Source: Candidatus Nomurabacteria bacterium (GTDB lineage: Bacteria > Patescibacteriota > Minisyncoccia > Phycocordibacterales > SBAW01). Taken from it: a stretch of 64,000 bases of DNA. Made by a program: the position numbers and the translations under genes. The first letter of the stretch is position 1. Each line of letters opens with the position of its first letter. A model generated the notes under the pieces. It did not search any database, had not been told where the DNA came from, and was given only the letters and a program-made list of their open reading frames with translations. Positions 31,462-40,353 of the stretch are shown piece by piece. The DNA lies in contig CALQYT010000006.1 in assembly GCA_943348815.1 (NCBI GenBank), positions 2,501 through 66,500 on the forward strand, written 5' to 3'.

Positions 31462-32361
31462 CTACCCCACCAAAAAGCCACCTAACACCAAAAGACACAC
31501 GGCCACGAGTTTAAAGTGCAGATGGGTGCGCGAAAAGCGCTCCCGCACCCGGTACCCAAAGAATATTTGGGCCACGAACGCAACCCCGAACAACACGATT
31601 GGCTCTAAGGACTCCATGGCCGCAACCTGCGAGACTGCGGCCAACACGAGCGCCTGTGTCCAGAGCGCCGTCCCGAGCGCATCGAACACTTTGCTCAGCA
31701 TGATGGGCGGCACATAGACACCCGCTGGGGTGGTAAGGAGGAGTCGGAATTTGCCTCGCATAATGATAATAAGCAGTAGTACGAGCCCACCCGCCATCCA
31801 TATATCAAGAAAAAAAGTCACGCCCGTAATCCCCTGCGTGACATGGAGACTCTTAAATACGTAGGCCTCGATGCCAGAAAAAATACTTTGGAACAGCAGC
31901 GCTCCCCACACCAACAGAGAAAATTCTTTTTTGATCCGGTGCGTGGTACCGTCGACAATAAAACCGATACCACCGAGTACCAACAAGGTGATGCCCGCAA
32001 TCTGCGCCAACGAAAAATGCAGTTGCAGCCCCTGCACATCGATAAAAAGAAACGCAAAGGGTGCCAAGTACCCTATTGCACCAATACCGGTCACTTCGAG
32101 ACGACGTAACACGTACGTATAGGACAGCGAGCTGACCACCGCCATAAGTACGAGTGGGAGCAAAATAGGTGGAAAGAGACCTTGTACGTGGCCGAGCCAT
32201 CCGGTTAATCCCAAACAAAAAGTAGCAAGTGAAAAACAAATAACGCGCCAAAAGGTCGCCACCAAGGAGTCGATGCGGCGATCTTCGACGAGTGCGAGCT
32301 TGTCTATAACGCCTTCAAACGCGTAGGCCAACAAAGACCCGAGGACAAAGAGCTGCCACAT
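31462..32361 (-). CDS. Polytopic membrane protein (DMT/EamA-like transporter)
   Basis: About 10 TM segments in two repeated halves. Confidence 0.45.
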   Translation of the reverse strand: MWQLFVLGSLLAYAFEGVIDKLALVEDRRIDSLVATFWRVICFSLATFCLGLTGWLGHVQGLFPPILLPLVLMAVVSSLSYTYVLRRLEVTGIGAIGYLAPFAFLFIDVQGLQLHFSLAQIAGITLLVLGGIGFIVDGTTHRIKKEFSLLVWGALLFQSIFSGIEAYVFKSLHVTQGITGVTFFLDIWMAGGLVLLLIIIMRGKFRLLLTTPAGVYVPPIMLSKVFDALGTALWTQALVLAAVSQVAAMESLEPIVLFGVAFVAQIFFGYRVRERFSRTHLHFKLVAVCLLVLGGFLVG

Positions 32362-32373
32362 GTACTAATAGTA

Positions 32374-32844
32374 CTACTTAAAATTTTTACCAAACGCGTT
32401 CCAGGGCAAAGACATTTTTTGCTGCGCTTCGGGAAATTGGTTAATGATCCACTGCGCATAGGTGTTGCTGTTAGGGCCACGCAACACATAGTGGTCGCGA
32501 TGCGGGTAGGTTTGCGGCGTCGCTTCGATAGCCGCGGCCATTTGCTGTGCCACCGAACCTTCGCTGCCCTCAACCACTCCGCCAAGCCGCACGTCTTTAA
32601 ACCGACGTTTGGAGTAGAGAGAGCGCTCTATACCCTCAAAGGGGGCGTAATAATCTTGATGCAGGTGACCCCAGCGCAAAATAGCGTCCTCCGGATGCCA
32701 AAAAATCTCCCAGCGCGACAATACTCCTTTGTTATTAATGACAAACCACGGATGCCGCGCAAAATTAAAAGGAATTTCTGCCGGACAGGTAAAAAGAAAC
32801 ACTTGGTGGCGGTCCGGGTGCACTAATTTTTTAAAATCCTGCAT
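32374..32844 (-). CDS. Hypothetical protein
   Basis: 156-aa ORF. Confidence 0.45.
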   Translation of the reverse strand: MQDFKKLVHPDRHQVFLFTCPAEIPFNFARHPWFVINNKGVLSRWEIFWHPEDAILRWGHLHQDYYAPFEGIERSLYSKRRFKDVRLGGVVEGSEGSVAQQMAAAIEATPQTYPHRDHYVLRGPNSNTYAQWIINQFPEAQQKMSLPWNAFGKNFK

Positions 32845-32849
32845 AGTGT

Positions 32850-33701
32850 CTACGCATTAAAATAGGCGATCAATTCGGACTCAATATGGTAATGGTGTAA
32901 CTGTTTTTGTAGAGAGTTTTTGATGTTGAGTTTGGTCGGATGAAAGCTGGGCTGATAATATTTGGCCCAATCAGGTAGAAACGACCGGTAGATACCTTTT
33001 TTACCAAACAAAAACGGTGCGGCCGTGCGCCAGGTGTGCCAGCTCCAGAGTACGTTGCGCTGCCGCATGATTGAAAAGATGCAGGCGTGATGTATGTAGA
33101 GCACGATCGCGCTCGCAATAGTGGCGACCGCAGCGCGCCTAAAGTAACCTCCACCAAGCTCCAAATATAAATCAAATACCGTTGCGCGGTGGTCGAGCTC
33201 CTCGAGCGCGTGCCAGGTCCACACGCGGTCCATACGCTCATCGACCCCCCTTCCCTCAAAAAATCCAACATCCAACACTTGCCGCGCACCGCAGGCGGTA
33301 AAGTGCTCGGTAATAGCGCAGATCGCAAGTTTGGTGAGCGTCGAACAATGACGATCATAAAAAGCGGTCATCCGGCGCACTTTGCCCGCATATTTAGCAA
33401 CCGGGTAGCGGTGTTTTTTTAAATACTCGTTATACGCATCGTGTACCCGCGCATGGGCGCGCTCTTCGTGCAAAATATCTTCGATACTTTCTTGTAACTC
33501 CGGTGCCGTAAGGAGCGGGCGCGCTTCTTCGACGCTACTCACGACAAACCGCTCCGCATCGGGGATAGTAATCGAGGCGGCGTTAAACAAAATTGTTACG
33601 AGCGCGTTTTCGTCAAACCACCACGGCTCAATGGGTACGTGTTCGTGCTTAAGTTCTTGGGCGTGCAACCGCTCCCGTTCGTTGACTATCGGTTCCGCCA
33701 T
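32850..33701 (-). CDS. Predicted metal-dependent hydrolase family protein
   Basis: His-rich motifs (HEERAHARVHD, HALEELDH). Confidence 0.45.
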   Translation of the reverse strand: MAEPIVNERERLHAQELKHEHVPIEPWWFDENALVTILFNAASITIPDAERFVVSSVEEARPLLTAPELQESIEDILHEERAHARVHDAYNEYLKKHRYPVAKYAGKVRRMTAFYDRHCSTLTKLAICAITEHFTACGARQVLDVGFFEGRGVDERMDRVWTWHALEELDHRATVFDLYLELGGGYFRRAAVATIASAIVLYIHHACIFSIMRQRNVLWSWHTWRTAAPFLFGKKGIYRSFLPDWAKYYQPSFHPTKLNIKNSLQKQLHHYHIESELIAYFNA

Positions 33702-33716
33702 GGCAGCACTATAGCA

Positions 33717-34844
33717 CTAGCCAAGCTCCTGCAAACGGCGGAGTGCAAGACCCACCGCAACGCTAAATTCGGGGCCGGCTTCTTTGAGAATTGCTTCCAA
33801 AAATGCGGGTGCTTGGGTTTTGCCAAACGGGTCGGACAGACGGATGGGCGTTGTCACCTTGCTTTGCATAAATTCCTTCAGCCCGCGCAAGGTTGAACCG
33901 CCGCCAGTTAAAACCAACGCACTCAAAGTTTGGCTGGTGCGTGTCTCCCACGAACTAACCGTGCGCGTCAACTCGGCAATCATCGGGGTAAGGGAGAGTT
34001 CAAACGATTTTTTGAGGTCTGCACCCGCTTGGCCGGGCGGCAGCGAACCACCGCCTACCGTTGCCGGACCTTCGCCGCTCAAACCATATTTACGTTTGCG
34101 GTCTTCGGCTTGCGTCACCGTAAGCCCAAGCGCGCGACTCGCGTTGAGGCTTAAGTCCTGGCCACCATGATTGATAATGTGACTCTCGCGGATGAGTCCG
34201 CGTTCAACCACATAAAATTTAGTGGTCGCCGCGCCGATGTCGACTACCGCCACCGGCGCAAGCCCGTGGTCGAGCGACGCGCGCACCGCCGAAAATACTT
34301 CGATCTCAAAAAATGCAGGTAAAAGGGTTGCCTCTTGGCCGATACTTCTAAATTTCGCGATCGTGTCGTTGTGGATGGCAACCAAAAGCACTTCCATTTT
34401 GCCGTCCGGCCCCGGTTTTTTGGCATCCGAAACAAGAAACCAATCGAGCAACACTTCATTAATTGGTACGGGGATATACTTACGTGCCTCAATCGGCACC
34501 ACTTGGGCCAACTGCTTTTCGACCGTGGCGGGAAGGCGGATGATCGATACCAAGCTCGAGGAGTACGGGATGGCGATAGCGGCATCTTGCGTCGTCACAT
34601 TGGCTTCGCGGATGACATCTTTAAGCGCTTCGGCTATTTTTTCGGCCGGCAAAGAGGTAGCGCGGCCGATTTCGGTACCGGCATAGGGCCCGAGCGCAAT
34701 AGCACCATAGGTTTCGAGTACGACGCGGCCCTTTTCTCGCCGTAGCTGCACCACCTTGACCGCAGAGGTGCCAATATCAACGCCAATCACGCTTTTGACC
34801 TCTTTAGAGAACAGCGAAGAAAACGATGGAAGAGAAAAATCCAT
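33717..34844 (-). CDS. pilM: Type IV pilus assembly ATPase-like protein PilM
   Basis: Actin-like fold start (VIGVDIGTSAVKVVQL), 375 aa. Confidence 0.85.
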   Translation of the reverse strand: MDFSLPSFSSLFSKEVKSVIGVDIGTSAVKVVQLRREKGRVVLETYGAIALGPYAGTEIGRATSLPAEKIAEALKDVIREANVTTQDAAIAIPYSSSLVSIIRLPATVEKQLAQVVPIEARKYIPVPINEVLLDWFLVSDAKKPGPDGKMEVLLVAIHNDTIAKFRSIGQEATLLPAFFEIEVFSAVRASLDHGLAPVAVVDIGAATTKFYVVERGLIRESHIINHGGQDLSLNASRALGLTVTQAEDRKRKYGLSGEGPATVGGGSLPPGQAGADLKKSFELSLTPMIAELTRTVSSWETRTSQTLSALVLTGGGSTLRGLKEFMQSKVTTPIRLSDPFGKTQAPAFLEAILKEAGPEFSVAVGLALRRLQELG

Positions 34845-35473
34845 TTACAATGTATTTTACCATGTTTCGTGAGCTGATTTCTGAAGTGCTCGACCTACTA
34901 GTGCCGCCGCGCCCCACCGAGCGGGTGGTGCGGCTGCTTACCCTTGATGAGCTCCATGACTTGGCGCAGGAGGACGGCCTGCCCTATCACGACCCGCGCG
35001 TTACGGCGCTTATTTGGGAGCTCAAATACTACGGTACGCGCCGCGCACGGCAGTTGGCCGGCGCCTATTTGGCCGAAGTGTTGATGGCCGTTGCAGCCGA
35101 AGAGCTCGGCAAACCTTTATTAATCCCCATCCCCATGCACCAGAACCGTCGGAGGGAGCGCGGACATAACCAAACCGAGCTGCTGTGTAAAGCAGCGCTG
35201 TCTTTTACAGATCCGGTAGGATTTGAGTACGCTCCGACCGCATTAGTCCGGGTAGTCAACACCAAAACGCAGCAAGGTTTACCGCGGCAGGTACGCTTGC
35301 GTAATGTACACGGCTCGATGGCTGCAGGTCCCGGTGCCGAAAAAATAAAAGATAGAGTTTGTGTCGTGGTAGATGATGTCACCACGACCGGCGCAACCTT
35401 GCAAGAAGCACAGCGCGTGCTCCGTTTGTGCGGAGCGCGCGCTGTACATGTAACAGCGTTAGCTAGGTCTTAA
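34826..35473 (+). CDS. comF: ComF-family phosphoribosyltransferase-domain protein
   Basis: PRTase motif VCVVVDDVTTTGATL. No N-terminal Zn finger. Confidence 0.65.
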   Translation: MEEKNPFTMYFTMFRELISEVLDLLVPPRPTERVVRLLTLDELHDLAQEDGLPYHDPRVTALIWELKYYGTRRARQLAGAYLAEVLMAVAAEELGKPLLIPIPMHQNRRRERGHNQTELLCKAALSFTDPVGFEYAPTALVRVVNTKTQQGLPRQVRLRNVHGSMAAGPGAEKIKDRVCVVVDDVTTTGATLQEAQRVLRLCGARAVHVTALARS

Positions 35474-35901
35474 AACGTAACCGGAATCTCAAGCTGATTT
35501 TCGTTTTCTGGCAAACCAGATGGGTTGTCTTTTTGCAGCACGAGTTTGCCCGTTGCCGTGGTCGGTTTATCGAACGTCAGCGTCGCCACAAACGGCACGT
35601 ACTCGGTGGTCATCCAGTCACCTTGCGCTTGTGCAGCAACTTGTCCAAGCTCTTTACCATTGGCATCATAGATTTTCACGGGGAAACTTGCCTCAAAATA
35701 CCAACCGCCTCGCGCCTTACCGGTGATCGTCAGTGGACTAGTAATTTTAATATTAGGAAGGGGCGAAGTAACTATGATCAAATCATCTTTCGATGCCGGG
35801 ACATTGGTAGGAGCAGGAGTACCAGTCGGCATCCCTTGTAGATACCACCACGCGCCTCCGGCAACAACCACCACGACTAGCACTGCAATAATTTGCTTCA
35901 T
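35470..35901 (-). CDS. Exported Gmad2-like Ig-fold protein
   Basis: Signal/TM, then ITSPLPNIKITSPLTITGKARGGWYFEASFPV..DNPSGLPEN pattern. Confidence 0.4.
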   Translation of the reverse strand: MKQIIAVLVVVVVAGGAWWYLQGMPTGTPAPTNVPASKDDLIIVTSPLPNIKITSPLTITGKARGGWYFEASFPVKIYDANGKELGQVAAQAQGDWMTTEYVPFVATLTFDKPTTATGKLVLQKDNPSGLPENENQLEIPVTF

Positions 35902-35917
35902 GTCAGTGTAGACGCTT

Positions 35918-36406
35918 TTATTGCGTCATCATTACTTTCGTATACGTAGTAACTTCGCCACGGCCTGTGAGGTCGGTGGTGGTCATCGTCTTGTCGTCGA
36001 CTTTGTTAACCACAAAGAAGGTTGTTTCAACGCCGCCGTCCCACACTACTTGTATGATCGGTAAGCCCGAGAGATTGGCGGCGAGTTTACTATTTGCCGG
36101 CAGTGCGGATGCGTTAACCGTACTCCACTCTCCGCCCGTGCCTGCACCCGCATCACCTTCGTAGCGGTCGATCATCACGCCGTCGGGGCGGATTTCGCGC
36201 GTAAATTTAGCGTCGGTTTTGCTCTGCCACATGCCCGACATTTTAGGGTCGCCAATATTTTCCTTCGTGTTCGAGGTTTGCGGCGTACTCGTTGCTTGCT
36301 GCGCACCCGTATCAGCGGGCGCCTTGCTCATTTGCGGCCAAAAATAAAATACTCCTGCGGCGATAATAACAATTGCGGCGACCACCCATCCTGCTGCTGC
36401 GTTCAT
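35918..36406 (-). CDS. Hypothetical membrane-anchored protein
   Basis: 162 aa with an N-terminal TM. Confidence 0.45.
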   Translation of the reverse strand: MNAAAGWVVAAIVIIAAGVFYFWPQMSKAPADTGAQQATSTPQTSNTKENIGDPKMSGMWQSKTDAKFTREIRPDGVMIDRYEGDAGAGTGGEWSTVNASALPANSKLAANLSGLPIIQVVWDGGVETTFFVVNKVDDKTMTTTDLTGRGEVTTYTKVMMTQ

Positions 36407-36461
36407 AGAGTGAAAATTAAAAAAAATAATACGCCTAGTATAGCGCGTCTAGAAACTATCG

Positions 36462-38225
36462 CTACCGCAGGATTCGGCTTGTCGGTATCATGGGTACAAA
36501 TTCTTTGAACGCCTCTCTCAGCTCTTTAATGCCGATGGGTTTGGTGAGGTGTGTCGTAAAGCCGGCCTCGAGCGCTTTTACCTTGTCTTCTGAAAGCCCA
36601 TAGCCGGTGAGTGCGATGACGGGTATTTGTACTCCGCGGGCGAGCAGGGTATGGATGACCGTGTACCCGTCCATATGCGGCATACCGATGTCGAGAATAA
36701 TCACATCAAACTTCGAGAGTGCCGTATGCGCAAGAATCTCTGCACCCGAGTAAAGCGCTTCTGCATGACACCCCAACTTGTTGAGAAGTTTAACGAGTGA
36801 GTCCGCAGCCCGCACGTTGTCGTCAACCACCAGCACACGCTGTGTCATACTCTCATTCCCTTGCGCGCCCGGCTTGGAAGCAAAAGAAAGGACCTCGGTG
36901 AGCGGAAGCTTGACGGTAAACTCGCTGCCTTTATTCCTCCCTTCGCTCGTTGCCACGATAAAACCTTTGTGCAACTCTACTATTTTTCGTACCAACGCAA
37001 GCCCGATGCCTAACCCGCTTGCATTGGTGCTGTCGCGTCCTTGGTAATATATTTCAAAAATATTAGGGAGATCTTCAGGATGGATGCCTTCGCCGTTGTC
37101 GCGGATCTTAATAATCGCGTATTCCTCTTCCTTGGAAAGATCAACCCAGATAGAACCTCCTTGGGGAGTAAACTTGACCGCATTACTCATCAGGTTGGTA
37201 AAGGCCTGTTCTAGCCGCGTGTCGTCCGCCCACACCTGGAGCGGTGTTGAGGGGTAGGTAAAGTGGAGCGTAATATCCGAGGTGCGCAATAGCGCGTCGC
37301 TTGCCTTCAGCGAGCGCTCCACCAATTTGCGCAGCTCCACGGTGTGCGGGACTATTTCTATCTTCGCCTGCGTAAAGCGCGTGACATCCAAAAGATCGCC
37401 GAGGAGTTTCGTGAGGTGGTCAAACTGATACTCAATGTTGTCGAGCTCCTCGCGCACATCGGTCGTGGTTTCGCGCAACTTCAAAAGCTCCAACGAACTT
37501 TTGATGGGCGCAAGTGGATTGCGCAGCTCGTGCGAGAGCGACGCTAAGAAAAGGTCTTTGGCTTTGTCGCGCTTGGTTATTTCTTCAGAGAGGCGGCCGT
37601 TATCCAAAATGACGCCAAGGTCGTTGCAAAATTCTTGAAAAAACTCGAAAGCGCTCTGCGTGTACACTCTACCGGATTCCGCATACCCAAGCGAAAGCGC
37701 GCCGAGTGTCTTGCCTCGCGCGCAAATAGGAATAATCATGAGCGACTTCAGCCCAAGGCGTTGCATCGCCTCTAAATGCTCGGGCGAGCGAGCGCCTTGC
37801 CGTATCGTTTCGTCGGTAACGACCGGCACAAACTGTGCGTTGCCCGTCCTGATAGCCGTATACAGATCGCTAGAATTTTTTTCAGTCGTAGGGAAACGTT
37901 TTTCAAATTCAAAAAGATAGTCCGTCATCTTTTGGTCCTTGTGGATGACGGCGATACGCTCGAGACCATTACCCTCGATGAGTACGTCGATAGCGCACCA
38001 GTCGGCGAGCGAAGGTACGGTTAGTTTGGCTTTTTGGAGGAGCCACGTGCGGAAGTCTACTTTGGTCGAAAGGATCTTTGCCGACTCCATCATGAACCGG
38101 AGCTTGTTTTCGCGCGAGTCGAGGCGCAAGGCTTCGGCGGCGCTCAGGGTGTCTTTTTTAGGTTTGATCATATAAAAATTACGGCCGCGCAGGACATTGC
38201 CGTGTAGGTGCACTATAGACTCCAA
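36462..38225 (-). CDS. Hybrid sensor histidine kinase/response regulator (GAF-HisKA-HATPase-REC)
   Basis: H-box SHELRNPLAPI, N/G boxes and a C-terminal receiver (VLVVDDN..ILDIGMPHMDG..KP). Confidence 0.85.
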   Translation of the reverse strand: MESIVHLHGNVLRGRNFYMIKPKKDTLSAAEALRLDSRENKLRFMMESAKILSTKVDFRTWLLQKAKLTVPSLADWCAIDVLIEGNGLERIAVIHKDQKMTDYLFEFEKRFPTTEKNSSDLYTAIRTGNAQFVPVVTDETIRQGARSPEHLEAMQRLGLKSLMIIPICARGKTLGALSLGYAESGRVYTQSAFEFFQEFCNDLGVILDNGRLSEEITKRDKAKDLFLASLSHELRNPLAPIKSSLELLKLRETTTDVREELDNIEYQFDHLTKLLGDLLDVTRFTQAKIEIVPHTVELRKLVERSLKASDALLRTSDITLHFTYPSTPLQVWADDTRLEQAFTNLMSNAVKFTPQGGSIWVDLSKEEEYAIIKIRDNGEGIHPEDLPNIFEIYYQGRDSTNASGLGIGLALVRKIVELHKGFIVATSEGRNKGSEFTVKLPLTEVLSFASKPGAQGNESMTQRVLVVDDNVRAADSLVKLLNKLGCHAEALYSGAEILAHTALSKFDVIILDIGMPHMDGYTVIHTLLARGVQIPVIALTGYGLSEDKVKALEAGFTTHLTKPIGIKELREAFKEFVPMIPTSRILR

Positions 38226-38424
38226 ACATGAAGATCTCCTAAAGATGAGCTCAAGCCTATCTTGTCAATACTTTTTTGGTCTGGGCGGTGGTGATGTCCC
38301 GATGTTCGAACCGAAACGGCTTCATTTCAGAAGCGTTGATAAAATCGTACGTGATTTAAGGCGAATCTACAAAGAAAATCCTGCCTTATTCGATATTCCT
38401 ACTTTTGCTCAGAAGATTTACTGA
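38197..38424 (+). CDS. Small ORF, paralog copy 1 (..FEPKRLHFRSVDKIVRDLRRIYKENPALFDIPTFAQKIY)
   Basis: 75-aa ORF. Its 3' end overlaps the SET gene 3' end on the opposite strand. The start is uncertain (M at 38197, 38245 or 38299). Confidence 0.3.
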   Translation: MPCRCTIDSKHEDLLKMSSSLSCQYFFGLGGGDVPMFEPKRLHFRSVDKIVRDLRRIYKENPALFDIPTFAQKIY

Positions 38425-39046
38425 TCTGCTCAACTTGCTCGTCGGAAAGCTTCGAACCGGCAAGACGAGTAGAGGCTCCAGCGGAAGCTATGAGGGTAGC
38501 GCGGCGGAGAATACACTCATTTAAGTAAGGAGAGAAATGTCCTTCATAGCGCTCTTGCAAGTCCTTGTTCTGCCAGTCCTTACCTGTAATCGTATGGCGA
38601 CATAGACTCGTACCACATTTGCACTCTCCTGGCATTATATAATTATCGTCAATAACGAAGGTTGCGTAGTCAATAGTGAGCTCCTCTTCAGGTTGTATAT
38701 TGCAACGAGCACTTATAGTTACCCCATCCTCCATCCAGGTATTAGGATCGCAGGAGTGATTATGGTTATAACTCGGGTCGTCGTTTTTAGTAGCATGGTC
38801 AAAAATGTCATACAAATTTTCTCCGATTCGCTGAACGGCTCTACCCTCCTGTTTTGCTTTTTGAGCCTCGGTTTCATTTACGAAATCTCCGCCCCAAATG
38901 ACAACCACTTCGCCAGTTTTGATTGGCTCAATAGCAAACAAACCTCTGCCGTGAGCCGGAGAGTTTCTTTCTTCTACTTTTGGACTAATCCAAGATTCTT
39001 TTAAATACTGTTTTTCGCTCATAGTTCGAATCCCTTTGGGGTTCAC
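38399..39046 (-). CDS. SET-domain protein with a C-terminal Fic_N-like segment
   Basis: SET motifs GRGLFA, NHSCDPN, EELTIDY and post-SET CKCGTSLC. The last ~30 aa (TLIASAGASTRLAGSKLSDEQVEQI) match the Fic N-terminal region of the 60582 protein. Confidence 0.8.
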   Translation of the reverse strand: MNPKGIRTMSEKQYLKESWISPKVEERNSPAHGRGLFAIEPIKTGEVVVIWGGDFVNETEAQKAKQEGRAVQRIGENLYDIFDHATKNDDPSYNHNHSCDPNTWMEDGVTISARCNIQPEEELTIDYATFVIDDNYIMPGECKCGTSLCRHTITGKDWQNKDLQERYEGHFSPYLNECILRRATLIASAGASTRLAGSKLSDEQVEQISKSSEQK

Positions 39047-39275
39047 TCATTTTATCATTTCTCAGTTTTGAGATGTAGCGCAAAATAAGGGAATTTTTAC
39101 TACTACTTTCCAAAACTACTGGCGGTGGCGATCTCCGCAAGTTAGAACCGGTAATCGCCTTAAAGTCCTTGAATTTCGGACGTATAGATAAAATTATACG
39201 CCGTTTGAGGCTATTTTACAAGGAAAATCCAGCCTCGTTTGATGTTCCGGCCTTTGCTGTTAAGGTCTACTAAGA
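39047..39275 (+). pseudogene. Small ORF, paralog copy 2, lacking an ATG start (..LEPVIALKSLNFGRIDKIIRRLRLFYKENPASFDVPAFAVKVY)
   Basis: About 65% nt identity to 38285-38424. Has an in-frame upstream stop and no start codon. Ends 18 bp from the prophage holin stop. Confidence 0.35.
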
Positions 39276-39292
39276 TCGGATTTTAGCTAAAT

Positions 39293-39511
39293 CTAAAGAG
39301 TTCCTTGCTGGCCTTCGCTCTCCTCGATCAATCTCTGCTCTTTGAGGTATCGGGTTATCGCATACCACGCCGAGTTGATCACTGGGATCAACAACGCCCA
39401 GCGAGGGTCGTTTTGAACGTAAGCGATCAGAAGCGGCAGGATGGACGATACTGCAGAGTAAAAGAAAACAATTGCGAGGTGCTTAAGTGCTTCTTTTTGA
39501 GGTGTTGTCAT
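39293..39511 (-). CDS. Holin-like small membrane protein (2 TM)
   Basis: 72 aa, two hydrophobic helices, adjacent to the amidase. Confidence 0.4.
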   Translation of the reverse strand: MTTPQKEALKHLAIVFFYSAVSSILPLLIAYVQNDPRWALLIPVINSAWYAITRYLKEQRLIEESEGQQGTL

Positions 39512-39516
39512 AGTTA

Positions 39517-40092
39517 TTAGTTAATTATTTGTTTTATCATTGCCAATCCTTCCTCTACTTTCCTCACACCCTCCTCGACTGAAGGCTTTGGCGTTTCTGT
39601 TTGCTGGTTGGCTAGTGCCACCAGTTCGTCGAGGATTCTTTTATTGGTTGCCGGGCAGTTTGGTTTCTTTGAGAAGATCTCAAAGTGGCCAACGACATGA
39701 TCACGGTCAATCGGAATCTGCCATCGCTGACAAATCTCTCGGATCAAGGTTGCGCTGGATTGCTTCATTGCTTCAGTCCATCCCTCGTCTGGCTTACCCT
39801 CATGTTCAATACCGATCGTGTACAGGTTCGGGTTTACGTTCGGTCTTATAAGTTTCCAAACTGGGGCGTCCACTCGGCCAGCGTGCCAGGCGGCGTCATT
39901 CTCTTGAACGTATTGGTGGACTTCGCCACTTTTTCCGATCCCATAGTGTGCGCTGACTTGCGAAGTTGGGTTGGCAAACCACGAGTCAGTGCCCGGTAGT
40001 GTGCCATCCATGATGTGAATGACCACTGCTTCTGGCCGGTAACCTTTGCGTCCCACCCAGAAGTTGGATGATTTCTTTTGAATGATGTTCAT
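39517..40092 (-). CDS. N-acetylmuramoyl-L-alanine amidase (Amidase_2/PGRP endolysin)
   Basis: AHYGIGKSGEVHQYV..AWHAG..IGIEHEG..HVVGHFEI..CP, zinc-amidase motifs. Confidence 0.85.
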   Translation of the reverse strand: MNIIQKKSSNFWVGRKGYRPEAVVIHIMDGTLPGTDSWFANPTSQVSAHYGIGKSGEVHQYVQENDAAWHAGRVDAPVWKLIRPNVNPNLYTIGIEHEGKPDEGWTEAMKQSSATLIREICQRWQIPIDRDHVVGHFEIFSKKPNCPATNKRILDELVALANQQTETPKPSVEEGVRKVEEGLAMIKQIIN

Positions 40093-40095
40093 AGA

Positions 40096-40353
40096 TTATT
40101 TGTTAATGGTTAGTAGTAGGTTGATGATGGCTGTAATGAGCCCGCCGATTGATGCCGTAGCAATAATCCAAAAGAACCGCTTGAGCCAATCAACGTCAGT
40201 TCCGACTTTGGTCATGTCGGTCTGCAGATGTACAAGATGATTGTCTTTTATTTCGTTCACGGCTTTTTCAACCCGGTCGAGACGCTCATCTTGTAGTTGG
40301 TTTTGGTAGTCGGTTCTATCCATGTGATTATTTCGGCACGTAGGCTCTTTCAA
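40096..40353 (-). CDS. Small C-terminally membrane-anchored protein (holin/spanin-like)
   Basis: 85 aa. The probable start is MDRTDY at 40323. C-terminal TM. Confidence 0.35.
   Translation of the reverse strand: MKEPTCRNNHMDRTDYQNQLQDERLDRVEKAVNEIKDNHLVHLQTDMTKVGTDVDWLKRFFWIIATASIGGLITAIINLLLTINK

Noticed and set aside
36778-38175. Several plus-strand ORFs inside the sensor-kinase gene
   Set aside because: Antisense artefacts of a well-supported 587-aa HisKA/REC gene.
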